Assembly (NCBI RefSeq): GCF_006345805.1
Contig: NC_043001.1
Coordinates: forward strand, 24,242,001-24,306,000
Source of the DNA: Octopus sinensis
Lineage: Eukaryota
Length of the DNA: 64,000 nt
Reading direction: 5' to 3'
Part shown: positions 25,861 to 38,760 of the stretch, piece by piece
Layout: each line of letters begins with the position of its first letter
Position numbering within the stretch: the stretch's first letter is position 1
Notes under the pieces: generated by a model
Databases searched by the model: none
Told to the model about the DNA's origin: nothing
The model's input: the letters and a program-made list of their open reading frames with translations, nothing else
Translations under genes and position numbers: made by a program

Positions 25861-27704
25861 TATCATCATCATCATCATCATCATTTAGCGTCCGTTTTCC
25901 ATGCTAGCATGGGTTGGACGGTTCAACTGGGGTCTGGGGAGCCCGAAGGCTGCACCAGGCCAGTCAGATCTGGCAGTGTTTCTACAGCTGGATGCCCTTC
26001 CTAACGCCAACCACTCCGAGAGTGTAGTGGGTGATTTTATGTGCCACCGACACAGGTGCCAGACGAGGCTGGCGAACGGCCACGCTCGGATGGTGTTTTT
26101 ATGTGCCACATTAAATAGTATATATTAAATGAAGGTTAGTAGCAGGTAGCAAGCCATTAGTAGCATTAGCAGTGATTGTTACACAGAGAAATAATTAAAA
26201 ATGCATGTAGCATTGCATTTTGAAAAGACATGTTTCTCTTGTTTCAAGAAGAAAACAAGCAGAAGCCATGAGCTAATTTCCTTTCATAAATATTTGGCCT
26301 TTTAGAAGGTGTGAATATAATATAATTTTGTTTCTATTCAGATATTAACTTTCTTTAATGTAGGCTTGAATGATAAATAACAGTTTCTCTGAAACCAGTG
26401 TTCTCTGGTAGATCAATATTCTGTTGGTTGGTGTGTCATATTCAGACGTTTTAGATATTATTTTCCAGTGGGGGTTTGTTGGCAAAACATAAGAGTATTA
26501 ATTCATGGAGAAAAGTTCTCTTTAAAAAAAAAAAATTGCACATCAATGGCAAAGTTGTCCATGCTTATATTACTGATACTTGGAAAGTGAATTTATCTTT
26601 GTAACCAGTCTGATGCTCTTAGAATTTCTGCCTACTGTTTTATTTTGCTTTCCTCCTCCCCCTCCTCTCCCCCTCCCCCACTCTCTGAATAAACAATATT
26701 TTCTCTCTCTGAATCCTCTCTCTCTCTCTGAATAAACAATATTTGTATGTCCTAATATGTGTATGTAAATACATATTCATAATGGTGTTTTTTTTTGTAT
26801 TTCTGTATAGATGATATGTATTAGTATATAAGTATATATAAATAGGTTTTGTTGCACTGCATAGAATTTTGGACAAGTGTCTTCTACCTTTTCTAACCTC
26901 AGGCTGACTAATGTCTTATGTGTAGAATTTGGTTATCAGAAACTGGATGGAAGTTATAGTATGTATGTGTATGTATATATATCCTCTTAGCAATTCAGAT
27001 CACTCCATCAAATGTATTGCTTATTTGTTCACATTGTTCTGAATATATCACATTATCTTTACGTGCCACCGGCATGTAAAAAGCACCAACCGATCATGGC
27101 CATTGCCAGCCTTCTCTGGCACGTAAAAAGCATCCACTACACTCACGGAGTGGTTGGCGTTAGGAAGGGTATCAAGCTGTAGAAACACTGCCAGATCAGA
27201 CTGGAACCTGGTGCAGCTTCCTGGCTTCCCAGACCCCGGTTGAACCGTCCAACTCATGCTAGCATGGCAAACGGACGTTAAACAATGATGATGATCTTGT
27301 AGCTTTCAGATTTCGATGATGTGATTGCTTATTTTTAGAATAACATTGTAGGTAAGTGTGAGAGGCCTGAGTTAGTCAGTTTGGGCATAAAACATGTGTG
27401 CTCTAGAGTTACCACAGTAATTAACTCACCAGGCACCGAGGAATATAGTTCTAAGGATTAGACCTAATTATTAATAATTTGCAGTTTCACTTTTCATTGA
27501 TGGCAAGGTCTTACATTTGCATGGCTTAATCTTTGAGACATCCATACGACTACTGGAAGGATCAACCAGGTATCATTATGTGCATATGAAATCTGGAACC
27601 ATGTGTATACGAACCAAATTTTAGTCAAATAGCCATGTCTGAAATTTACATCATCATCATCATCATCAACAACTGGTGTTTAATAAGAGAACTATGTGCT
27701 AAAA

Positions 27705-28072
27705 GGCGGCGAGCTGGCAGAAACGTTAGCACACCGGGCGAAATGCTTAGCAGTATTTCGTCTGCCGTTACATTCTGAGTTCAATTTCCACCGTGGTCAA
27801 CTTTACCTTCCATCTTTTCGGGGTCGATAAATTAAGTACCAGTTACACACTGGGGTCGATGTAATTGACTTAAACTGCTTGTCTGTCCTTGTTTGTTCCC
27901 TCTGTGTGTAGCCCCTTGTGGGTAGTATAGAAATCAGTATTTCGTCTGCTGTTACGTTCTGAGTTCAAATTCCGCCGAGGTCAACTTTGCCTTCCATCAA
28001 TGTAATTGACTTAATCCATTTGGCTGTCCTTGTATATTCCCTCTGTGTGTAGCCTCTTGTGGGTAGTAAAGA
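27705..28072 (+). mobile_element. SINE family B, ~1.5-mer, enclosed by one 23-bp TSD
   Basis: aataagagaactatgtgctaaaa at 27682-27704 and 28073-28095. A partial second unit starts at ~27935. Confidence 0.85.
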
Positions 28073-30042
28073 AATAAGAGAACTATGTGCTAAAAACAAA
28101 CTGAGATTGTTGTCAAAGAATAACCTGAAGCATTCTAAGTATAGAAGTAGTCTTTAGTTTTTACACATAGCATCTCTAGGTGTACATTTTAGGGCATTTT
28201 AGAGCAGTTTAGAAAAATATTTAAAAGAAAATTGACAGAAAAAAAAAGACAGGTAGGTTCATATGGAGGAGAAAAGAAAGTAGTTGGATAAAAGAATTAG
28301 CGCTTGCATAGTTTAGAGCTGTGGAAGTATTCTCAGAATGAAGAATTTCTTTTCCTGGTAAGATTTCCTGCAGATTCTGTGCCCACTTGGATCTTCTCTG
28401 AGTAGGTTTCCTTCCTCAATTCATTCTCCTTCTACACTAGTTTCCATCACTTCTCTGCTATTATTCTCAACAGATGTTAACTTATGTGTTGTAATGTACA
28501 CACACTTTTCCTCTGTCATTGTATAATAAAAATATATTATGTATTATCACCTGTTGAATGTCAGTGTCTGATGACATAATTAAAATGTAGAATTTAGATG
28601 TTTTCAGAATGTCTTTGAATCATTAGTACTGCTAGTATTATATATAATTATACTAGAAAACATGACTGTATATCAAGTTATACAATGTTATGCAATGTAA
28701 TAAACTAAACAAATGGTTCTCAATATTTATAGAACGTAAGGCAGCGAGCTGGCAGAAACATTAGCATGCCGGGCGAAATACTTAGCAGTATTTCATTGGT
28801 CTTCACGTTCTGAGTTCAAATTCCACCAAGGTCAACTTTGCCTTTAATCAGTTTGGGGTCGATAAATTAAGTACCAGTCGTGTACTAGGGTAGATCTAAT
28901 CAACTGGCCCCCTCTCCAAAAATTTTGGGCGTTGTGCCTAGAGTAGAAAAGAATATTTATAGAATGTAAATAGGCAGCAAGCTGGCAGAATTGTGACAGT
29001 GTGGTAAGTAGCTTGCTTACCAACCACATGGTTCCGGGTTCAGTCCCACTGCGTGGCACCTTCGTCAAGTGTCTTCCACTATACCTTGGGCCGACCAAAA
29101 CCTTGTGAGTGGATTTGGTAGATGGAAACTGAAAGAAGCTTGTTGTATATATGTATAACTATATGTATGTGTGTGTGTATATGTTTGTGTGTCTGTTTGT
29201 CCCCCTAACATCTCTTAACAAACGATGCTGTTGTGTTTATGTTCCCGTAACTTAGTGGTTCAGCAAAAGAGACTGATAGAATAAGTACTGGGCTTACAAA
29301 GAATAAGTCCTGGGGTCAATTTGCTCGACTAAAGGTGGTGCTCCAGCATGGCCACAGTCAAATGACTGAAAGAGAGTAAAGAGTATCGTGGACAAAGTGC
29401 TTATCAGTATTTTGTCTGTCTTTACATTGTGAGTTCAAAGTCTTCTGAGGTTGATTTTTACCTTTCATCTTTTTGGGATCAATAAAATGAGAACCGGTTA
29501 AGCACTGGGGTTGATGTAATCAACTGCCCCTTCCCCAAAACTTACCGGTTTTTTGCCAAATTTTGAAACCAAAATTTATAGATTGTAAGAAGGCAGCAAG
29601 CAGTCAGAATTATGAACTTACTGAGCAAAATGCTTAGCAGTACAGCTATCTTTATGTTCAAAATTCTGCCAGGGTTTTGGCTTTGTCTTTCATCCTTTCA
29701 GGGTTGACAAAATAAGTACCTGTTGAGCACTGGCGTAGATGTAATGGGCTTACCTCCTCCTCCAAATTTGCTGGCCTTGTGCCAAAATTTGAAGCCAATA
29801 TTTATAGATTACTCTTTTACTCCTTTACTTGTTTCAGTTATTTGACTGTGGCCATGCTGGAGCACCGCCTTTTGTTGATCGAGCTATTTTACCCCAGGAC
29901 TTATTCTTTGAAAGCCTAGTACTTATTCTATCAGTCTCTTTTGCCGAACCGCTAAGTTACAGGGATGTAAACACACCAGCATTGGTTGTCAATCGATTTT
30001 GGGGGGACAAGCACAGACACACAAACATATACACACACATAC

Positions 30043-30085
<43 letters not shown>

Positions 30086-31411
30086 CGCACACATATATAC
30101 GACGGGTTCTTTCAGTTTCCCCTCTACCAAATCCATTCACAAGGCTTTGGTCGGCCCGAGGCTATAGTAGAAGACACCTAAGGTGCCACTGAACCCGGAA
30201 CCATGTGGTTGGTAAGCAAACTACTTACCACACAGCCACTCCTACACCTTTCAATCTCTAACTTCTAATTACTTTTTGCCTTTTACTTACTTTAACATAA
30301 TGAACTCCTTATCTAATAGAGAGGTAGCCATTATTATTTTGTGTCCATGCCAGACCCTTCAGTTTTTTCTCAAATCATCCCAACAACAAAATAATTGGGA
30401 CTCTGGGACCGTTGTCTGTGAAGAACTACAAAAACTAAAAAGAAATTGTCAGATTGGATATAATATTAGAAATTTGCAGAAAACTTCTGGAAGGAATTAT
30501 GGGGAAAATGCTTGTAGTATTTCTCCTTAAATCTTCATTTATTAAAAATATCTGTCTACTTATTGCTAAGAAAAAAAGGAGAGAAAAACGTGACTATTGT
30601 GACATACATGTTTTTGTCAAGAGCAATATCACTGCATGTAAGCCAGAACCAAATTAGGATTATTAGCTCATCTCCCAAAGAAGGTAATATCGATCAATAT
30701 TATTCCTTTCTTTAAGCCTTTCACTCTGACTTTTGCAGTTTTTATTTCATTTTAGACCTTTATTATTTGCCATAATTAAAATCTAAGCTTTTTTTATCGC
30801 TACACATGATTTTCGAACGTGGGACAAAAATGTCCCAATAGTATTCTAATGAAAATATACTTGGAACTATCTTATCCCAACAGTATTTCACATGCATGTT
30901 GAGCAAGTTTGGAAAATTACGGAAATAAAAATGAAATAAATCTTACAGTTTGTTTCAAAGGCAAAATGAAGCAATAGTTGCTTTCTCATATATCTATTAT
31001 AAATTACATTTTCAAACAACATTTACAAAATAACTGAGAAAATTTGCCATTTGTCCTTTATTCCTTTGGACAGCAACTTGTCTGAGACTGCCTCTGGTTC
31101 TATAGCACAAAATTACATTTTAAATTGTACAGATGTATGTTAAAACTTTAATAACACGTAATAATTTTTTGTCATGTTCCAAACTGGCTTAATTAAAAAA
31201 AGGTTAGTTATTTTACTAAATTCTACAAATATTTCCTTTTATTATTTAACTCTTTTCCTTCTTTCAGTCATTTGACTGTTGCCATACTGGAGCACCACCG
31301 TAAAGGGTTTTTAGTTGAAAAATTCAACCCCAGGATTTATTCTTTATAAGTCTAGTACTTATTCTATTGGTCTGTTTGGCTGAACTACTAAGTTACATAT
31401 ACATATATATA

Positions 31412-31747
31412 TCTATTATATAAAATCCGTTCTGTCTGTGTGTCTTCTAGGATCTCGGGCGTCCTCCATCCGATTGCGCTCAAATTTGATATGTAGACAC
31501 CGACGGTATCAGGGCATGAATAAGTCTTGAAAAATTATAAAATTACAAAAATCGATTCCAGGTGAGAATGCGATCGATAAAGCCGTGGGAACGTGCATTT
31601 GTCTATCTTTATTTCTTCTTTTGCTGGTGTCTCAAATTTAGGTTAAATCAGTGTGTCTCAAAGGGGAGGCCTATGGGACGGTCGGACAAGTTGTTTTGAG
31701 AAAATGTGTTTTAAATGTTTGACAATTCAGCACTGTCCATTGGACGG
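31412..31747 (+). mobile_element. Putative non-autonomous Helitron 5' portion
   Basis: atct..tatataaaatccgttctgtctg...ccatccgattgcgctcaaatttg resembles invertebrate Helitron 5' ends (recalled pattern). A second copy lies at 59474-60005. No 3' CTAG/hairpin end was seen. Confidence 0.5.
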
Positions 31748-31815
31748 TGTGTGTGTGTGTGGGGGGGGACGTCCCCACGTTGTTGTGTTTTCTCTTAGTG
31801 TTTTCATGTTTGGAT

Positions 31816-31851
<36 letters not shown>

Positions 31852-32436
31852 ACAGTCTTCTTTCAGTTTCTGTCTACTAAATCCACTCATAAAGCTTTGG
31901 TCAGCCCAACGCTATGGTAGAAGACACTTGCCCAAGGTGCCACACAGTGTAACTGAACCCATAACAATATGGTTGGGAAGCAAGTTTCTTACCACTCTGC
32001 CATGCATGCACCTATTATTTTAAAAAATTAATTAAAACAGAGAGAGTCTATTTTATAAGGTCATGTGAGTGTTAAAGAGAAGAATTTTTTTCACAAAAAA
32101 CGTAATTAGTTAAAAGTTTGTGCCAAAAATAATTTCTTGGTTATTTGCCAAGCTACTCCTAGAATTTGATATTAACCATCATTATCTGCAAATTAAGAGG
32201 TGGTATCATATAATAAAGGCAAGCACAGCTAAGTAAGGTCATAGACCACATTTCAATATCTCATTGAAATGGTTTAATTTCACTTATATCTTAAATTAGT
32301 TTGTAAAAGACATGAATTCCTCAACATTCCATCTTAATATTTTGTACCTGTATAAGAAATTAAAATTTATGAGCTAAACTGATATCATAATTTATTCAAC
32401 GGTACCTTGATATGAAACTGGTTTCTTGGTCTAGAC

Positions 32437-33016
32437 AAGTGATTCTCAGTCAGAGTCCACATGACCCCTGTGGGTCATATAAGATTTTGGGGGGTCCACA
32501 CAAGCAAAATACTGAATTGGGAACACACAGCAGTATATTAAGGATCCATGACAAAACTTTGCTTAGGATACATTTATTGTAAGAAACAGGTTTCTTTCTC
32601 TAACATTTTACATCGTTCAACTTATCTCTTTTACTCTTTTGCTTGTTTCAGTCATTTGACTGTGGCCATGCTGGAGCACCGCCTTTAGTCAAGCAAATCA
32701 ACCCCAGGACTTATTCTTTGGAAGCTTAGTAATTATTCTATTGGTTGCTTTTACCAAACCGCTAAGTTACGGGGACGTAAACACACCAGCATCGGTTGTC
32801 AAGTGATGTTGGGGGGACAAACACAGCCACACAAACATATACACACACATACATATATATATATATACATATATATGACGGGCTTCTTACAAAATAAGAA
32901 TTTTAAAAGAAGTTTCTATAAAACCTGTTTTTTAAACATTGAAAGAATACGGGGATCCACAAGAGTAACATAGTAATCGAAAGGTTCCATAGGCAAAAAA
33001 TGGTAGAGTGCCACTG
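32437..33016. mobile_element. Old hAT/Charlie-like MITE interrupted by a SINE-A fragment (~32625-32890)
   Basis: Degenerate ends caagtgattctca.../...gtagagtgccactg with NTCTAGAN-like flanks (gtctagac / ttttagag). Confidence 0.45.
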
Positions 33017-33409
33017 TTTTAGAGAAAAATGTTTTGTTATTGCAAACCTCTCAAGAAGGAAACTGGAAGAGAACTTTTAATTAGTCAGACAGTCTGAAAC
33101 AATTTCATTATGAAGGTAAAACAACGAATATAGTCATGGAAGTCACAAGTATTTATTTCTGAGTTTCTTTTGTTTATATTTTTTTAAGAAATGAAATGAG
33201 AGTAAAATTATGTAATGTTAATACATTTTATCATAGGCATGGCTGTGTGGTTAAGGAATTTGTTTTCCAACCATGTGGTTTCAGGTTCAGTGTTACTGCT
33301 TGGCACCTTGGCAAAATGTCTGCACCATGCTAATCAATGCTTTGTGAGTGGATTTAGAAAATGGAAATTCAAAGAAATATGATGTGTTGTGTGTGTATGT
33401 ATTGTTTGT

Positions 33410-33660
33410 TCCTTCTCGAGCCATGCCTGACTCATTAGGACCGGTTTCCCAGTTTCCTTGGCGTATACGTTCCCCACCTGGACGGGGCGCTAAAGTTGTG
33501 GCGAAAGAGTCAGCAAAAGTTCGCCATTACCTTCTGCTGGAGCCACGTGGAGCTTAGGTGTTTCTCTCATAAACACACACATCGCCCGGTCTGAGATTCG
33601 AACCCATGATCCCTTGACCGTGAGTCTGCTGCTATAAGCACTAGGCCATGTGCCTCCATG
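33410..33660 (-). mobile_element. tRNA-derived SINE family E
   Basis: Head ggaggcacatggcctagtg...gggttcgaatc on the minus strand and tail gaaggaacaaacaa. Related sequence at ~11372-11580, and a similar head at ~39650-39977. Confidence 0.7.
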
Positions 33661-34561
33661 TATGTATGTATATCTACATATATATGATAGTAATGAGTAT
33701 GCGTTTGTCCCTCCTCTTCGTCTTGACATCATGTGATTGTTACAAACATGTGTCAACATTATTTAACTAATTTCTCTCCTTTCCAGTCTAACACAAAACC
33801 ATGTCTGGTCAAAGGGAAATATTACATTGCTTGGAAACTAATTAGGGTGGATGACCGGCAGGGCATCTTCTACAATGAAATCTATCTGACTCATGCAAGC
33901 ATAAATAAGTGAATGCTAAAACGATGACGATAAAGAATGTAATTGGAATTCTATGGTTCCAGCCAAACACCCATCCATAGATAAATCAAAAATGACTGAT
34001 AAGATAAAAAACACAAATTGTTTTGTTGAAAGGGTACTGAACAATCAATCAAAGTTAGCGCTGTTTCTGCATGGCTAAAGCACCTTCTCTTCAAAAGATA
34101 AGTTCATGAATATCTAAGTAGACACCACAAGATTATTGCAAGCAGTAATTCTGTTTTATTAAATTGTTAGTACCATTAACTTATTTCTTTATTGCCCACA
34201 AGGGGCTAAACACAGAGGGGACAAACAAGGACAGACATAGGTATTAAGTCGATTATATCGACCCCAGTGCGTAACTGGTACTTAATTTATCGACCCCGAA
34301 AGGATGAAAGGCAAAGTCGACCTCGGCGGTGTTTGAACCCAGAACGTAACGACAGACGAAATACTGCTGAGTATTTCGCCCGGCGTGCTAACGATTCTGC
34401 CAGCTCGTGGTAATGTTTGAGCATATATCTTTTGGTGGTTAATACTTTACTCATACAACCGTAAAGTTATATAAATTTGCTTGTAGTGAACAGGTGAATA
34501 AATCTATGCGTGTGTAAAAGTAGTTTAGTGTTCATAGAAGAATGAATGTGAATATATATTT

Positions 34562-34725
34562 GAGTAGGAGTGGCTGTGTGGTAAGTAGCTTGCTTACCAA
34601 CCACATGGTTCTGCATTCAGTCCCACTGCATGGCACCTTGGGCAAGTGTCTTCTACTATAGCCTTGGGCCAACCAAAGCCTTGTGAGTGGATTTGCTAGA
34701 CGGAAACTGAAAGAAGCCCATGGTA

Positions 34726-34777
<52 letters not shown>

Positions 34778-35000
34778 GTGTGTGTGTGTGTGTATGTTTG
34801 TGTGTCTGTGTTTGTCCCTCCAACATACTTTGACAACCAATGCTGGTGTGTTTACATCCCCGTACATTAGCGGTTCGGCAAAAGAGACCAATAGAATAAG
34901 TACTAGGCTTACAAAGAGTAAGTCCTGGGGTCGATTTGCTCGACTAAAAGCGGTGCTCCAGCATGGCCACAGTCAAGTGACTGAAACAAGTAAAAGAGTA
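34562..35000 (+). mobile_element. Full-length SINE family A
   Basis: Head-to-tail family match. Confidence 0.9.
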
Positions 35001-35565
35001 TAATTGTATTTTCATTAACATACAGACGCGTGTGTGTATGTTCGTATTGTGTGTGGTAGTGGCTATGACAGTGCATGCATAGACGACAGTAGTGTGTAAG
35101 CATATGTACTAGTATCACTTTATAGTAATATAGTTAGATATGTGATGGTATTTCATGGGTGGAGATATAGTTGTGCTTTTAGTAAAATTTACTACTGCAT
35201 CCGTTTGTGAAGGTCTGTAAACGTTTATGCATCTGCCTTTAACTCTAATATGTCAACATAGGAAATATCATGTAAATACTTTGTACGTGCGCCAGTATGT
35301 GTTTGTGTGTGTGTGTGTATGTGTGTGTGTGTGTGTGCACATATATAGATAGACAGGTACATAAATATATATTGACATATATACATTCACACATGCATAA
35401 ACACACACCATAAACACATACACAAACACACATATATAACCATTTTACCGTCTGTTTTTTTCATGGTGGCATGGATATATTTATATAGCACTAAGTGCAT
35501 ATGTATGGAAATATAATTGTTTATATATTTGCACGCGCGTGTGTGCATGTATACACACACCTATA

Positions 35566-35694
<129 letters not shown>

Positions 35695-37544
35695 TATATA
35701 TATATATTATATATATATATATCTACAAAGCTTTAGATGTGTGGAATTAGTTGAGTAAGAGTCTATGTGCATATAATGTATGTGTCTCTGAGCACAAATC
35801 TCACATATTTATGGATTTGTAATAGTATATGTGTATACTTGTCTCTGTGTGTATAATGTGTACATCAATATAAACAGTGAAACCATGTAATATATTCTAA
35901 CTTTAAAAACAGGGGGCAAATACAGATGATTTGATAATATGGTCTTACACTAACTCTCTTTCCCTCTTTTTTGCAATGTTTATAAACAAAGCATTCTGTC
36001 ATTTAACATATGGCATTTATTTTATAAAACACTCTTCAATTTCACCTTATTAGAACGTTCAGCACATCACTGCTTAAAAGCAAACGGAATTGATACTTTT
36101 AGTATCTTGGTAAACATTCTTCACCTTTATAAAAATGTAACATATAAACCACTCACTCTGCTTATAAACATAATCTTCTCCCAGTAGAATATTTAGTAAT
36201 AAAAATAGAACAAAGTTATTTAAATTTATAGAAGAGCTTTTTCCTCCAGAATGTAAAAGTTCTCATCATGTCCAGTGAAGTCCTTCCTGTAAATCCATTG
36301 CAGATAATTACATCACATTAACTACATCACCTGCAATTTCATCTCTTGGTAATAGTATTGCAAGGTAATTACATTGTGAGACAATAATCATTTGTGAATT
36401 CGTCATGTCAAATACATCGTATGTTAATTCGTTGTCAATGTTTTTTTTTTTTATCCACAGCAAAAAAAGACATCATTAAACATTAAAGTATCTTGAAATT
36501 TTATTTGGAGAATAATTACATTACATTACATTTCACAAACAACGAGAAGGAAACGGAAAGAGAAAAGATGTTAATATATCAAATTTACTCACTTCATAAA
36601 TTTAAAAAAAAAAAAAAATAAATCAAACTTATTTTTAAAAATAGAAACCTACACAAAAATGCAGTTAAGGAGATAAGAATATCTTAAATTGGAAAAAGGG
36701 AGAAACATTGTGAGGACACAAATTAAGAGCAATGCCTCTTACATAATTCAGTTCAGTATTCCATGATTTGATATTCCTTGACAATATGTTAAATTCTTGC
36801 TGTACTTTCTTTATATTTCTTTTTGGAATTCTTGTGGAATTTCTGCAGAGATGATATATTGCTCAATTGTTACTTCATTTCTTGATTGTTCCTTTCCCGT
36901 GATTTCTTAAAAAAAAATTTCTAGATTGTAGGAATATTTTTGCCTTTAAATTTCTTATTTTATGTTTACTCTGTGAATGAAAATTCTAAATAAGGTTTAG
37001 TGATGCGTTTACATTGCGGATAAAAAGCATGATGCGGAATTTACTGGCGATGTAGTTATTTGGTATGAGAATGAATTTACCAACAATGAATTTGTCGCAA
37101 GGAAGAATTTACTAATGGTCCAGTCACATTGTGTGACTCCTTGAACAAGTTCTTCCACTAAGGCCCTGAGCTGACCAATGCTTTGTGAGGGGATTTAGTA
37201 GATGGATACTGTGTTATGTACACATGTCATGCATATATATATGTCATTTATATGAGCGGGTGTATTTGTATATATATGTATGTGAGTATTTTTGTGTCTG
37301 TGTCTGACCCTACACTTACTATTTGACAGCTAGTGTTGGTTTGTGCATATTTTCTAGATAGGCACAGGAGTGGCTGTGTGGTAACTAGCTTGGTTCCTGG
37401 TTCCTGGTAACTAGCTTGGTTCCTGGTTCATTCCCACTGCATGGCACCTTGGGCAAGTGTCTTCTACTATAGCCTCAGGCCGACCAAAGCCTTGTGAGTG
37501 GATTTGGTAGATGGAAACTGAAAGAAGCCCATCGTATATATGTA

Positions 37545-38070
37545 TTTCCTTCATTGGACACTAAACTCTGCTTCTGAAGGCAAGTGAAATCGAAATCGAA
37601 ATCAAATTTGATGACTGGCATATGTGCTAGTAGAGTGCTAAGAGCACCATCCGAGTGTGATCGTTGCCAGAGCGGCTAACTGCCTTCCATGCCGGTGGCA
37701 TGTAAATAGCACCAGTAAGGTGATTGTTACCAGCGTCACCTTACTGGCACTTGTGCTGGTGGCATGTGAAAATATATGTAAGCGAGGTTGTTGCCAGTGC
37801 CGCTGGACTGGCTCCTGTGCAGATGGCATGTAAAAAACATCATTTGAGCATGGCTGTTGCCAGGACAGCCTGACTGGCCCTCGTGCCGGTGGCACATAAA
37901 AGCACCCACTACACTCTCGGAGTGGTTGGCATTAGGAAGGGCATCCATTGTAGAAACTCTGCCAGATCAAGACTGGAGCCTGGTGCAGCCATCTGGTTTG
38001 CCAGTCCTCAGTCAAATTGTCCAACCCATGCTAGCATGGAAAACGGATGTTAAACGATGATGATGATGAT
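37545..38070 (+). mobile_element. RTE LINE 3' UTR and tail with four ~65-bp subrepeats
   Basis: Same sequence family that follows the RT stop codon at 49012-49712. It ends gttaaacgatgatgatg. Confidence 0.85.
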
Positions 38071-38267
38071 GTATGTGTGTGAATATGTTTGTGTGTCTGT
38101 TTGTCCCCCAACATTGCTTGACAACTGATGCTGGTGCGTTTACATCTCTGTAACTTAGCGGTTCAGCAAAATAGACCGATAGAGTAAGTACTAGGCTTAC
38201 AAAGAATAAGTCCTGGGTTTGATTTGCTCGACTAAAGGTGATGCTCCAGCAAGGAGTGCAGAGCATT

Positions 38268-38760
38268 ACGTTTGGCACCAGCTTGGTTGCAGGAGCTGCC
38301 GGAAGGGTGCTGAGTTGAACACTAAACTGCCTACGGGGTCTGGACTTCTTTGAAGATTGTCTCCTTTCCATAAGTCTGGATAGGGGTTCATACCAGGTAC
38401 TGTCAGCTGGAGCAACTGAGCCCGGGACTCGTGTCAGGCAGAGTCGTCACTCGCTGAAGTAGTGAAGAAAATCGGTACTTACTACCTATGTAATGTAAAT
38501 AGACAGTAAGTATTGAATGAAAAAGTCACAGATGGTAGCAGCAGGAAGTTTTCAAAGAAAAAAACTTAGAAAAATGCAGAAAGAAGTGATGAGATCAGAG
38601 ATTTCAAGGTAATGGATGTCACAGAGAAAATAATAGAGGATTGAAACGAATGATGAACAGCCATTCTACAGACTTGTTCAGCACATGCTGCAATGGAGAT
38701 ATAAAAGTTAAAATATTGATGATAATGAAAATGGTGATGATGATGATGATGATGAGGATG
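38268..38760 (+). mobile_element. Possible bipartite RTE derivative (5' UTR-like segment joined to a degraded 3' end)
   Basis: tttggcaccagcttggttgcaggagctgccggaagg...cactaaactgcc resembles RTE/BovB-type 5' UTRs (recalled). Degraded RTE C-terminal-like sequence lies at ~38560-38700, followed by (GAT)n. Confidence 0.45.

Noticed and set aside
27485-27569. Candidate exon (SLFIDGKVLHLHGLIFETSIRLLEGST)
   Set aside because: Weak acceptor, no recognisable similarity, and its exit phase is incompatible with direct splicing to 50166.
30276-30657. Two short ORFs in unique sequence
   Set aside because: No donor site in frame and no domain resemblance.
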